From Pseudovirgaria hyperparasitica (lineage: Eukaryota), in NCBI GenBank assembly GCA_010093815.1, contig ML996590.1: a stretch of DNA of 20,000 bases, one strand, 5' to 3'. The position numbers and the translations under genes are program-made. This document shows, piece after piece, positions 9,701 to 20,000 of the stretch. Each line of letters opens with the position of its first letter. Positions within the stretch are counted from its first letter, which is position 1. The notes under the pieces are model-generated. The model saw only the letters and a program-made list of their open reading frames with translations. It did not search any database and had not been told where the DNA came from.

Positions 9701-10765
9701 CATTTCCTTTGGATTCCTTATGTGTTGGCCTTCTTTCTCCTAGTCCCTCTCTGCTACTTTGTTGGTTTGAGTGGATCATGAACGAGGACACTCTGTGCAA
9801 GAAACATGGAAAGCTGACGCCGCACGAGATTCAGCCACAGACATCTCCCAGCCCGGAGAGTGAATCTTCTACCAGTTATCAACTATCAAAGGCCCTGGCC
9901 GGTAATGGGGTTGACTCGTCCCAACTCAAGATTGCAAAATCAGATTCGAAATCGATCGAAGATAGATACATCACGTTACCGATGAGTCACTTTGATCAAT
10001 TCTTAGAAACCTGAGGTCGGTCTATCCCATGACGCCAATCTAAATACAGCTCCGGCGTGAACCCATTCAGTCGAATCTAAGGGTTGGTCGTCCCGCTATA
10101 CTGACTCAGTGCCTTACTTCATTAGCCGATCCGTATATTCTTAGTTACACAGTGATGGGGGATTATGAGTTATACTCCGGAGTGGCGGAGCACACTCCGG
10201 TGACATTCCTTTTACTCCGGAGTTAAATTTTAGAATTAGCTAAGATTTTACAAATAAATTATGAAGAGAAAGAATTTCTTACAGACAAAAAAGGAGTGTT
10301 CCTGTGACGAAGACACTCCTTCCGGTTTGCCCTCTTTCCCAGCTTCCTAGGCACTGGTAGGGGCGGACTTGCCTAACATGTGGGTCGAGAAGGATTATCA
10401 AATCCAATTACTGGCCATCACAGGGCGGCGTTCGTCTCATTCCATGTCGCCTGCCTCGACCAACCAAGCACGACTTGGTAGCTGCAGGGGTCAAACTAAC
10501 AGATGGTATCGTCACAATGGACGTGTCCACCTGGACCGTCGGACGGCTTGACCTAATAGAAAGCGGGTTGAAATAAAGAGGCACCGATCGAGACACCATT
10601 GGCACATGAATTTTGGTTACGGTCGTCGATACCAAAGTCGCGCTGGGAAGACTTCGAGGCAGCCCCACGTATGGCCAATCTTTATTGGCCGTGCAATCGC
10701 CTCATCCTTGGGCACGTCAAGCCATTGAACCCCCCAGACGAGATCATGATGATACCCAGCCAGTT

Positions 10766-11395
10766 GGCTGGAATTCCAATTCGTTGTGCAGGGATATCCT
10801 GCATGGTCTGATTTGGCAGGATAAAGCTGCTCTTGGCGGCAATCCATGCACCCATACATCGAAGCAATCTCATGCGGGAGGACTTACTTTTGATCCCGCA
10901 TACGACGATCAGTAGTGCCAGTGCCGCTTTGTCGCACACCAGCCGCCCGTATACTGCGTCACCCTGTCAGGGGTGGTGGAGGAAGACCTACAGTATCTAT
11001 CATTGTGCTCTCTTGTAATGGTGCTTGATGTGCTGCAATTATCTTTCAACCCCATCATAACGTGTAGGTCAGACAGAACGCGCAATCGATTTACTGCATG
11101 TATCTAGCAGGCTTTCGGAGATGAACTCGCTAGAGAATCAATTCTATAAATTTAGATTCTGGTGTGTTATGAGGATGAATCACTGATGGTACTGGCTCCG
11201 TCAACTTTTCTGAGTCTCCAACGACTGAGCTCACGATGGTCCCATGTCAGGTGGCAAGAACCTTAGGCCCACAGAGATCTCACTTCTTACCGGACATAGA
11301 CACGCTGTAGTACCCAGTGGGCGATCAGGGCTGGAACTCCATTTCGTTGTGCAGGGATATCCGGAAGGATGCGATTTGCCAGAGTGAAGCTGCTC
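10766..11395 (+). repeat. Diverged 67-bp direct repeat pair (10766-10832 and 11329-11395)
   Basis: GGCTGGAATTCCAATTCGTTGTGCAGGGATATCC vs GGCTGGAACTCCATTTCGTTGTGCAGGGATATCC (32/34 identical), continuing ungapped to AAGCTGCTC. Confidence 0.85.
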
Positions 11396-12233
11396 ATAGC
11401 ATGGACATAGACTGCAGTGATACTGATCGTTCACCAGACTGGACACACAGACTCCGTAGCCACAATCGTTGGTGGCAGGTACCAGTGCAACCATTGCGTT
11501 GACTACTGCTTTAGCCCAGTCATTGGTGGAAGTCCTTTGATGCTTTCGCCATGACTACTATTCAACAACAACATCCTACATCTTTTGTTTCGGTAGACTA
11601 AATACGTCTGCAACTATGTGGTATAAAATTATCCTCATGACGATGCGTTCTACCATATACCATACGGACCAGTGATGCTATTCGACTCGATTCTTCGATT
11701 TTCGGTATCAAAGATGTCCCAATATCCAGAGACATATCCTGACATCGAGCCTTCACTCACCGACCCGTCCTTGCAATCGAACTACACGAACACAACTCTC
11801 CTATCGAGCAAGCCGCGCAACAAGCCGCTCAAGCACAACAGACGGCCCAGCAAGCTCAACAGCAAGCTGGACTCAACATTAGTAGCACCACAATGACGGA
11901 CAGAGGCCCCAGAAATCGAATCGACTACGCAAAGCATGCGATTACTGTAGCATTCAAAAGGTGAAGGTAAGCTTGTAGTCGATGACGGATGCAAATCCTC
12001 CAACAGAGTCTTCAGTGCGACGATCAGGCTTGCCTTGCCGCTTGTGCTCTCAATTAGAATTACTATGCAAGTCTCTGAACGACAAGTAACATAATGTACG
12101 TGTCGTCGTATTGTAACTGACTCGGCTTGGTCTGCACCCGTAGACCGGAGGAGAAGCTCCTGCGAGCCTGATAGCACATATACACTGTCCCAGTATAGTT
12201 ATCATTAGTATAGCCAAGGCGACTGACATGGTT

Positions 12234-12374
12234 TGGCTCAGATATAGATTCCGAGATAGCTTAGCGGAATCTGTGGCTCAGCATGGCCTAGCCGATTGGA
12301 GAGCGGCGATGACTTTGTGGATCTCATGGCTCAGTACCGTGGGTTTAACGGCTCACTATCTAGACGGCTCCACT
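12234..12374 (-). promoter_or_regulatory. Cluster of GGCTCAG motifs (reverse complement of the ACTGAGCC array at 1155-1287)
   Basis: GGCTCAG at 12235, 12275 and 12328; ACGGCTCAC at 12348; ACGGCTCC at 12364; RIP-like variant TAGCTTAG at 12257. Regulatory function is inferred, not shown. Confidence 0.45.
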
Positions 12375-12468
12375 AACCCTGTAAATCCTGGAGTCTAGTA
12401 TAGCCTACTACGGTATAGATATAATACAGCATAGTCATAGTGGTATTCTTTCATGGTTGATAGACGTC

Positions 12469-13098
12469 ATGTCAACAATTCACCTCTCTGTTTCAGGTCG
12501 TGGTGGACGAGACCGGAAGGTGATTCGTACTCTACTGACTATGCAGCTAGGTGAGCAGTTTGGCAGCTCACCTTGCCAGTGGCCCGAGAATCAACCCTCC
12601 AGTCCGTATACTGTCACCTACCGAAACTCGCAGCTTAATCTTGATGGCCGTTCTATTTGTCCATCGCCACATGTTATAGACGACATATGTACGGAGGGGC
12701 TGGGGATTGCTGTTGGCAGGTCGCACTACTGGTCTGGTGCGACTTTGCACAGGGCTGAATGCAGTCTTAAAGGACCATGTCGTCAGACTTTCTTGCGACA
12801 CGACAATTATCTAGCACATTTCCGCACCCATCTCGTTCAAGATACACGAGGACTGTTCTTCCCGCAACTGAACAATACAGAGCTCTACGCAGACCTGATA
12901 GCCCTGGTGCCGGTGTTAAGGTCTGGGGTTGACACGGGAAACATGCACAGGTACCACCGAAACACGCGAGTGTCATGGGAGAATCTAGTGGAGCGTGTCA
13001 GAGAAGCAAAGGGTGCCCTAGTGGCTGATCAGATACTTGTTACCATCTTGCGAGCTTGCTTGAGACATGATGCTCGTGTAGCGCAGTCGTTTTGCTAG
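12469..13098 (+). CDS. Putative C2H2 zinc-finger protein (single finger), possibly partial
   Basis: Open ORF of ~209 aa from ATG 12469 containing C-x5-C-x3-F-x8-H-x3-H (CSLKGPCRQTFLRHDNYLAHFRTH), followed by RNTRVSW. Confidence 0.55.
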   Translation: MSTIHLSVSGRGGRDRKVIRTLLTMQLGEQFGSSPCQWPENQPSSPYTVTYRNSQLNLDGRSICPSPHVIDDICTEGLGIAVGRSHYWSGATLHRAECSLKGPCRQTFLRHDNYLAHFRTHLVQDTRGLFFPQLNNTELYADLIALVPVLRSGVDTGNMHRYHRNTRVSWENLVERVREAKGALVADQILVTILRACLRHDARVAQSFC

Positions 13099-14392
13099 GT
13101 GTGAATGATGCTAAAGGGTCCGCATTCCAGGCGCAAATAACCACAAGCGGGACTTAAAATATCTGACAAGGGCCGAGGCACCTTTACTGACGCCCCTACT
13201 GTTTGAATCATTTGTATGGCGCACTGTACTGGCTTACTAGCGGACGCTGTGAGTGATGGAGGACAAGCACTGTATTGTTTACTGAGTCTTCTGTTGTAGC
13301 GTACACTGGCGCCATTGTTTTCTCGCCAAAGTCTTGGCAGTCTAGAATCCTGTATAACAAATTAAAGATAGTCGAAAGGCTCAGTACTGACCAGCGCGCC
13401 CTGTAGTTCTCATCACTGCAGAGATCAAGCAACTCATACCTGTCTTCCATTCGACAGATCGAAGCAGCGTAGCAACGGTGAAGAGCAGCAAGAGAGGCCG
13501 TGTGGCATCAGGCATGATCCATCGATACTTCCCACTGTGTGCATGCTTATTTCTCCATTACAGGGGCGCTCGAAGGATCACATAATTCGCTACGGGTCGT
13601 CCACGGTAGATGAGAAAACTCTCTGAGATGGCGTTAGTGTTGAGTAGCTATTAGCTTGCTGCATCTTCCTAGAGCTGTTCTACGTCACGATAATTAGCCA
13701 CTTAGCCTGGTAGCTTAGCATGAACGACAATATAACATGCGTGATTCCTTTGGAACAGATCAAATCTATCGAGGCATCTGGATGCCATCTGATGCCCGTT
13801 TAGTATCTTGCTCCGCCTAAAGTTGCTTCAGGATATGCTTACTAATCATAGTACATCACCAATCGAGGTGACCGAGCATCTTGCCAGGACATGCTTGTCG
13901 CTATGCCTAAAAAGATCAGAATCACTGGGAGAGCAAACTTTAGCATGACTTTTGAAGATGCTGCAGTGTTACACTTGAGAGAAGGGGTTTAGATATGGCG
14001 CACGAAGCTTAGTGGAAGAGGGGAACAAGGTTAAGGCGTGCATTTAGACTGCACGGTGCAGGCATTCTAAATGTGTATGACACCCCATCATCTCTTGGGG
14101 CGCAATGTGTGAAGCGTCTTGAGCGCCCTTCCACATTATGGCTATTTTTGGTACCAGGAATAAAAATGGGCCGGACCGCGACCAGTGCAGTGTATTCACG
14201 TCTGCTACCATTATGAGACTGTCGCGCCGCGCGAGGACAGATGAAACTGGATGGTGTGGATAACAGTCCACACAAGGAGAGTGGCGTGGAATGTCAGGAT
14301 CAATCACGCAAGGGTAGTAGATAGGAAAGCCTGCCTTATATAGATTCGTCTCGCCATGCGCTTCGAGTAGTAACAACGAGTTACTGACAAGC

Positions 14393-14803
14393 ATGGCTGC
14401 TCCCACGGTCCATTTCTTACCTCAAATTGTAAGATCAATTTCTTGAGGGCCTACCGAGTACGAGATATCAATCATTACCCGTTACGAAGATCATCTTCTA
14501 ACATGTATGCAATGCAAACCCAGGCGTCTTGTCTTCTGCCCTGGGGGCACAGCCCTGGCTCGCACGCTACTAAAGACCTTTGACACGGGGGATGGAGAAC
14601 TTCTTTATCGTATAACTCCAAAGCTAGCACATCATGTCCGAGTCGAACTAGAGCCTGGGTGGATAGAGATCCGTAGACTTTTCGGTGTTCCCTTCGTGGG
14701 GCGACGAAAGAATCAGAGATGGGGCTATCGCTATGTACTTGCAGGGATGGACATTCACAGTCTTCAGTTACCGAATGCGGGAATTATTCAATGGCTTCCC
14801 TGA
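14393..14803 (+). pseudogene. Small hypothetical protein with H-x3-C-x2-C-x7-C putative zinc ligands and a single in-frame TGA
   Basis: ATG 14393 gives MAAPTVHFLPQIVRSIS*GPTEYEISIITRYEDHLLTCMQCKPRRLVFCPGGTALARTLL...VRVELEPGWIEIRRLF. TGA at 14444-14446 is the only interruption and is in frame with ORF 14507-14803. Confidence 0.55.
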
Positions 14804-15075
14804 CGCCGATACAGGCGGTCTCAGTCTGTCGCATTGTTAGTAACATGTCATGTGTCCATATTGGCACACAAGTAAGGCAGGGTCAAGACCCGATTCCAGG
14901 CCATTGAGGGCGCACTGCTGTTTTCAAGTCTAAGACTAAATTTGGGTCAGCGCAAAATGTACATGACGAGAATCATATAAGCTTCATAGACAAAATAACG
15001 ATATTTTATACGCCAGATACCAAAACCACCTCAACTACAACCCTCGTAGTCACTGGGTCACTCCTGCGATTTGAC

Positions 15076-16099
15076 ATGTCTATGCAGGCGGAAACGAAAC
15101 GACACACTGTCTGGCCTGGAAGCAGCTCAAGCTCGTCTATTAGTGACCACAAGGATGAACAAATCCTAGAGATCACCGAGGTATCAAGACCAAAACGCAT
15201 ACGCCAACGGAGCTTTGTGTCTGATTCTCGAAACCCGAGGGATTTGCGACTTGTGCCCGAGAAATTCTCTGCCCTTCAGCCACGCGGCCAAATCCCCATA
15301 TCGTCGCTATCACCATGGTCGTCGTACGAGAGTCTCTATCGGGTGGAGCTTTGTGGTGCTGTTGCTGTTGTCCGGAAGCTTACAGGATCAAGAGCTTTGT
15401 ATATGATCAAAAGTACCAGAGACGCAAGTCGTGCTCTGGAAGCCTCGCAGGTACGCAGACACCCGAACATCTGTCAGATATACGAGATCTTCAATCACGA
15501 CGACGCTTCATATATTGTCCTGGAAAACATGGCTATTTCCCTAGGCCATATGGTCGGGTGCCCCAGGAGTATAAAGGAGAAGGAGCTGGCCATCATTGCA
15601 AAACAGGTTTGGATGACTCTTGATGTCCGTAGCTGCAAAGCTGATACTGGCCATAGACGCTTGATGCTTTGTTATTTCTGCAATCGCAGAACGTGACATT
15701 CCTTGTGACTTGCTCTAATGTTCTCGTGTCTATCCAGGGGGCTTTGAAGCTTAGTAAGACTCCTCCACCTAGATACTGCTCTCAAGGCTAACCGCTCTAG
15801 ACATTCTAGAGAGACACCCCGACAGCTCGATCAATGAGCAAGAGTCACCATCTTCGGCACTGGGAATGATGCTGGTGAGCATGATGAACAAGCGAGAAAA
15901 GCTGCATCGGCCATACACGCTCCTAGACTTGGCCGAGTGGTCAGAGAATGCCGTCGACTTCATATCGATGACAGAGCGCAGAGAATCTCTCCGCGACCTC
16001 GTTGGTCATAGCTTTGTCTCCCAGATACAAGAAAATGCTGAGATTGGGTGGTGTGTCATGTATGTAATGCGCACGACCCGTGTGTTGGTTGTCGATTGA
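15076..16099 (+). CDS. Protein kinase-like (pseudokinase) protein, join(15076..15606,15657..15753,15801..16099), ~308 aa
   Basis: Kinase subdomain remnants LYMIKS, RHPNICQIYEIF, YIVLENMAISL, EKELAIIAKQ|TLDALLFLQSQ and CSNVLVSIQGALKL. Two canonical introns (GTTTGG..GCTGAT..TAG; GTAAGA..GCTAAC..TAG) give one uninterrupted 927-nt frame. Lacks the Gly loop, HRD, DFG and APE motifs. Confidence 0.85.
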
Positions 16100-16230
16100 T
16101 TGGTACTTTATACAACTCAGGATCAACAGCATCAGTCTGGCTATTGTTCGAACCTGAACCTGTTTTCTACTTGGTGGACCGAATGGGGTCCAGGTGAGTA
16201 CGTTCCCAGTGGCTGATCTCATCTTCAATC
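16100..16230 (-). pseudogene. Eroded remnant of the MADS-like gene intron and last exon (paralog of ~727-906)
   Basis: Minus strand AAGATGAGATCAGCCACTGGGAACGTACTCAC..ACCCCATTC..GGTTCAG..GATGCTGT resembles AAGATGAAGGCGCTGACCATCTGGGAGAATGTACTAAC..ACCCCATTC..GGTTCAG..GATGATGT, in the same position relative to the kinase stop. Confidence 0.5.
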
Positions 16231-16660
16231 TGGAGCAAGCGACGATATGGGTTTTTGCAACGGTTTTTTCGCAGCAGATGAAATGGTGCGGGTCAAACGT
16301 ATTGTGGAGGAGCGAAAAGGGAATGGAATGAAAGGGCGCGATCAGCTCTTTGACGAGTAGTTCTACTAACTGCTTGGCATGCCTAAGGCCAAAAGCTACC
16401 AAGCTTTGGAGCTTTGTCACAATGCCAAGCCCTTGCAGGGTTGCTCTATCACGCCGCTCCAAGGCATCCCGTGTCTCTCGTCCATACACACTTCACTCTT
16501 TCCCGTACACTCTCGCAATCCTCTCGGTACACTCTCTCCTACTTCCGCGCGAACATCCTCTCATTTCTTGTTCCACGATCCTGCTCATCGAATACGACCC
16601 TCTCATCGACCGCGATCTCCCTGTTCTCGACGGCTACAATCCAGCTCGCATCTCAAGCTC

Positions 16661-18098
16661 ATGGACTGGGACAGCTGCACCGAACTTGAAAATTTGAGCA
16701 GGACTCTCAATTGGTCCATTAAATTCCAAGAATGCCGGGGAGAACGGTTGACGAGCTGGGTGTCGAGTTTCCATCAGTCTCACCTACCTTGCCACCTGGC
16801 CAACGAAGCGATCGCCGAAGAAAAACGTGGCTCGTTCAACTGGACTTGTAAGGTCGTTTTCACGAACGGAGAAGCTTGGATGGTGCGATTCCCTATCGAC
16901 GGGAAGGTGAAGAATCCAGATGAGAAGATCGAAATTGAAGTTGCGACTATGAAAGTCATTCGCGAGCACACTGATATTCCTGTACCTGAAGTGAAGGCTT
17001 GGGGACTGGCTTCGGAAAACAAGCTTGAACTAGGGCCTTTCATCATTACCCCCTTCATCGAAGGTGTCAGTCTCGCCGATTTTCTCCGCGATCAGAACGA
17101 CCAAAAGTCCAGAATGCTCCGAGAAGACGTCGAAGATGCAGACATTCAAACTATCTACAAGCAGATCGCCCACTTCATGCTACAACTCTCCAAGCTCAAT
17201 TTCCCCCGGATCGGCAGCTTATCCAATGAGTCGCATAATGACGACGATACCAATTTCGCTGCGACAATATCCTCACGCCCTATGACTTGGAAAGCACATG
17301 AAATCTTAAATGTTGGCGGAGTCAATGTTTTTTGTGTGTCAATCCACTCGTTACAGAGCTTGGTTTAACGTCCTCATAGGTCCTGGGAATACAACGTTTT
17401 CTTCAACAGCCGAATATCTACAGTACGTTGCAGAACAAGACTGGCGACATCTCATCGAACAATTAAACTCCATTGACGATGAAGAAGATGCGAGATTGAA
17501 GTACACCTTCTGGAGTGTTTTCAAGAAGTTGGTCCCACGATTCGTTTCACACGACTACGACCGAGGCCCGTTCAAACTGATTTGCGATGATTTCGGCCCA
17601 GCAAATATGATGGTCAATAACACAAAAGACCTCAAGATCGTCGCAGTACTCGACTGGGAGTGGTCTTATGCCGGACCATACCAACTCTTCTGTGCTCCGC
17701 CACGTTGGCTAGTGATTGATAGACCTAACCAATGGGCGTGCGAAGACGAGAGGCTCCAAAGGTATAGCAAATACCTGGATATACTCATTCAGGCGCTGGA
17801 GAAGGAAGAGGTGGACACGTCTCAAGATATTGCGCCTATGGAAGAGAGACTCTCAACAATGATGAAGAAGCAAAAGGAAGGACAAATGTGGTTCCATCAT
17901 ATCATTTGGGAAGGATTTAATGGCCCAAAATGTGTCCCCTTCCAGAAACTTCGGGCGGCAGTACCTGACTTCGATGAACTTGCTGCGGCGATTCCAGAAG
18001 GCGAGAGAAATGAGTTCGTGAAAACGAAGATGCAGCACCTGAGAGATTATGAGAAGAAATTGGATGGATACGGTGATGCAGTAAAATTTCTCAAATAA
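16661..18098 (+). CDS. APH/choline-kinase-like phosphotransferase family protein, join(16661..17333,17380..18098), ~463 aa
   Basis: Motifs RGSFNWTCKVVF..W.VRFP, EVATMKVI..HT.IPVPEV, catalytic LICDDFGPANMMV and IVAVLDWEWS. A 46-nt intron GTGTGT...TAG joins the two long ORFs in frame. Confidence 0.9.
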
Positions 18099-18316
18099 AA
18101 TCTTGATTCGATTTAATAGTGTTCAGTACATTTGTAGACCGTAATGTGGACTGAATTCGTCAACCGATGTGTCGCGAATCGCGTACACTGCCCCACCAAT
18201 ACCCACCCTCAAGTTCGAGTGAAGCATGACATGCTAAAGGAACGACTGTCAAAATGTTAGGAGCGACAGCTTCGGTGCTGTCAACTTGGAAAAGAGTACT
18301 GGATCGAATGACGCAC

Positions 18317-18505
18317 CTATTTGTCATCCTTCATCTCTTTCTCCTCTTTCTCCTTCTTTTCCTTGAGCTCTTGTCTCTTGCGCTGAGAGGAGAGACCCGC
18401 GGCCTGAACGAGTGCTGTGCCCGCCGGGTTATTCATAATATTTTCGTTAACTGCGCGTCTCGCTTTGTCTTGTTCGTCCTTCGAAGGCGGTGGGTTGTCA
18501 GCCAT
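18317..18505 (-). CDS. Small hydrophilic hypothetical protein (62 aa)
   Basis: ATG-started ORF with protein-like, K/E-rich composition and an AT-rich upstream region. No family recognised. Confidence 0.4.
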   Translation of the reverse strand: MADNPPPSKDEQDKARRAVNENIMNNPAGTALVQAAGLSSQRKRQELKEKKEKEEKEMKDDK

Positions 18506-18955
18506 ACTGCAAGTGACGTTTTAAAGTAATGCTGACGATGCACAATGTGCGAAGTTGGAAATAAGCTTGCAATAAAACTATTTCGAAGAGATGTGAATAA
18601 GGTGAATATATAGATAGGTCGCAGACGATGTCAACCTAGCGGGACATTTTCGAGTCGTGCATAGTTATACACGATGCAGGTATTCCTGGACCATGACTAA
18701 AAAAGTCTAGCGCTTAACTTCCCGACGTTCCGATTATCTTTTGGACAGAGGATCATGCTGGCAATGCATAACTGCACAGCGTTGATGGCCGATTCGTGCG
18801 TATCGTTACAATTCTTCGCCAGGATATACACCCTTCACCTACTAACTGCTCCCGGTATTTCTAACATTTGTCACCAATTTGAGAAATGGGTTATAGAGTG
18901 TGAAGGTCTTGAATTGAAAGTGTTTTGATGGGTAAATATTAACCCTTGTCATAGA

Positions 18956-20000
18956 CTATCCTGACATATCCTGACATCTGCTAAAGCGAGAAAATTTGAG
19001 CGAGGCGAGCCATTCTGGTTCATCCAAATTCAGGTATTGAAGGTTCAGGTGTCGTCTAGCTCGGTTCTTAGCAGTATGCAATATGTCCCTTTTGAGCACG
19101 TGGTCTACCTTTGTGAGGTTGAGACGGCTTATAATGTCGATCGCAGCAAGTCGATAGAACGAGCCTGCCCGATCTACTCCTGAGATAGATGCGTGCTGAA
19201 AAAGACAATACAGTCCGTGGATGGTAGGAAGCGAAGCCCGTCCGCACTGAAGCTCCAAGTGCTCCTTCACAGCGGCGAGGAATCGTTCGCTTAGCTCCCA
19301 TGTACTTTCAGACGTTGCGTCTGCGGCAGGCTTGTCCATGGACTTGAAGGCCTTGTGGACACTTCTCATTCTATGAGCTCGTGCGATGCAACTGATGGCT
19401 TTGGCAGCACAGATGGCATTGACGAGGAAGGGAGAGCAAAATGTCGCACGCTCTGGATCGCTTGCTTTCATGTCTGCTACGAAAAGATCTAGTGTGATAT
19501 ACGAAAACAGTGTCGTGTCTTCCCAAGCGAACCAGGCAGTGATCAGCTCCGAGACCACTTCGTCGGTCGCCACACTTGTCCACGGCTGGGCAGGGACCCG
19601 GATCGCACTCTTGATGACTTTCTCGTCAGCCTTATCAGAGTCCTGGCCCGGCGTGTCGGACCAAGCGAAAGGCAGTTTATGTTGTCGAAGCTTCTCGATA
19701 ACACTGAGAGGATCGTCGTGGGATCTGATCATATTGAGTATTGCTTTTGCTTCATCTTCACTCTTCGTCTTCAGGAGTAATACAAGCTCTCTCAAGTCGG
19801 CGTTCTCACGCTTCAGATCAACGTTAAAGATCTTCAAGGCAACTTGACGAGAAACACCGGCTCGCAACTCATACTGACAACCGGTGTTCTTCTTCTGGCA
19901 TCTTGTACACACTGGCCGAATTCCATCGCACTAGCACCCGCCTCACATATTAGAGGCGTCCGTCGTCAAAGCTCGATGGTAACATACCCGCGACTTCCTG
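18956..20000 (-). CDS. Zn(II)2Cys6 transcription factor with Fungal_trans domain (NirA-like architecture); 5' end outside window, 3' end apparently truncated
   Basis: RKSR | intron 19987-19931 (GTATGT..CTAAT..TAG) | CDGIRPVCTRCQKKNTGCQY, then a coiled coil, VPAQPWTSVATDEVVSELITAWFAWE, FCSPFLVNAICA and ASLPTIHGL. Confidence 0.85.

Noticed and set aside
11807..11870. Q/A-rich low-complexity repeat (EQAAQQAAQAQQTAQQAQQQA)
   Set aside because: Short, and not in frame with the nearest ATG-started ORF. No supportable gene model.
13208..13450. 80-aa minus-strand ORF
   Set aside because: No recognisable motif or splice-supported extension.
16379..16660. N-terminal extension of the APH ORF from ATG 16379
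   Set aside because: The pyrimidine-rich, low-complexity sequence looks like promoter/5' UTR. Family-like sequence starts at MDWD (16661).
19386..19847. Plus-strand 153-aa ORF and similar antisense ORFs (1538-2158, 15941-16489, 16780-17058, 18254-18529)
   Set aside because: These are shadow ORFs overlapping better-supported genes or pseudogenes on the opposite strand.
1..20000. Starship captain (DUF3435), transposase, reverse transcriptase, tRNA or rRNA genes
   Set aside because: No recognisable motifs for any of these in the window, so element identity cannot be asserted.

Overview
Filamentous-ascomycete (Pezizomycotina-type) genomic DNA, judged from short 42-61 nt GT-AG introns with CTAAC/CTGAT-type branch sites, Zn2Cys6 genes and RIP-like C>T/G>A damage. 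The window looks like an accessory 'gene graveyard'. Apparently intact spliced genes are a coiled-coil protein (2510-3419), a catalytically dead protein-kinase-like protein (15076-16099) and an APH-family phosphotransferase (16661-18098). A C2H2 zinc-finger ORF and a Zn2Cys6/Fungal_trans transcription factor, which runs off the right end, are also present. Around these lie many broken genes: a MADS-box-like gene, a SLATT 2TM-effector gene split by a 419-bp TIR element (20-bp perfect TIRs, TGA target duplication), a second Zn-cluster-like gene and an H/C zinc-ligand protein. There are also LTR-like AT-rich relics and internal duplications. The most notable structure is a module of pseudokinase -> <- MADS-like gene / ACTGAGCC tandem array / unknown gene -> coiled-coil gene. 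Its pseudokinase/MADS junction recurs about 15 kb away, and its motif array recurs in inverted orientation at about 12.3 kb. This may be a dispersed accessory gene cassette, possibly of giant-transposon (Starship-type) origin, but no recombinase or transposase gene is visible in the window.
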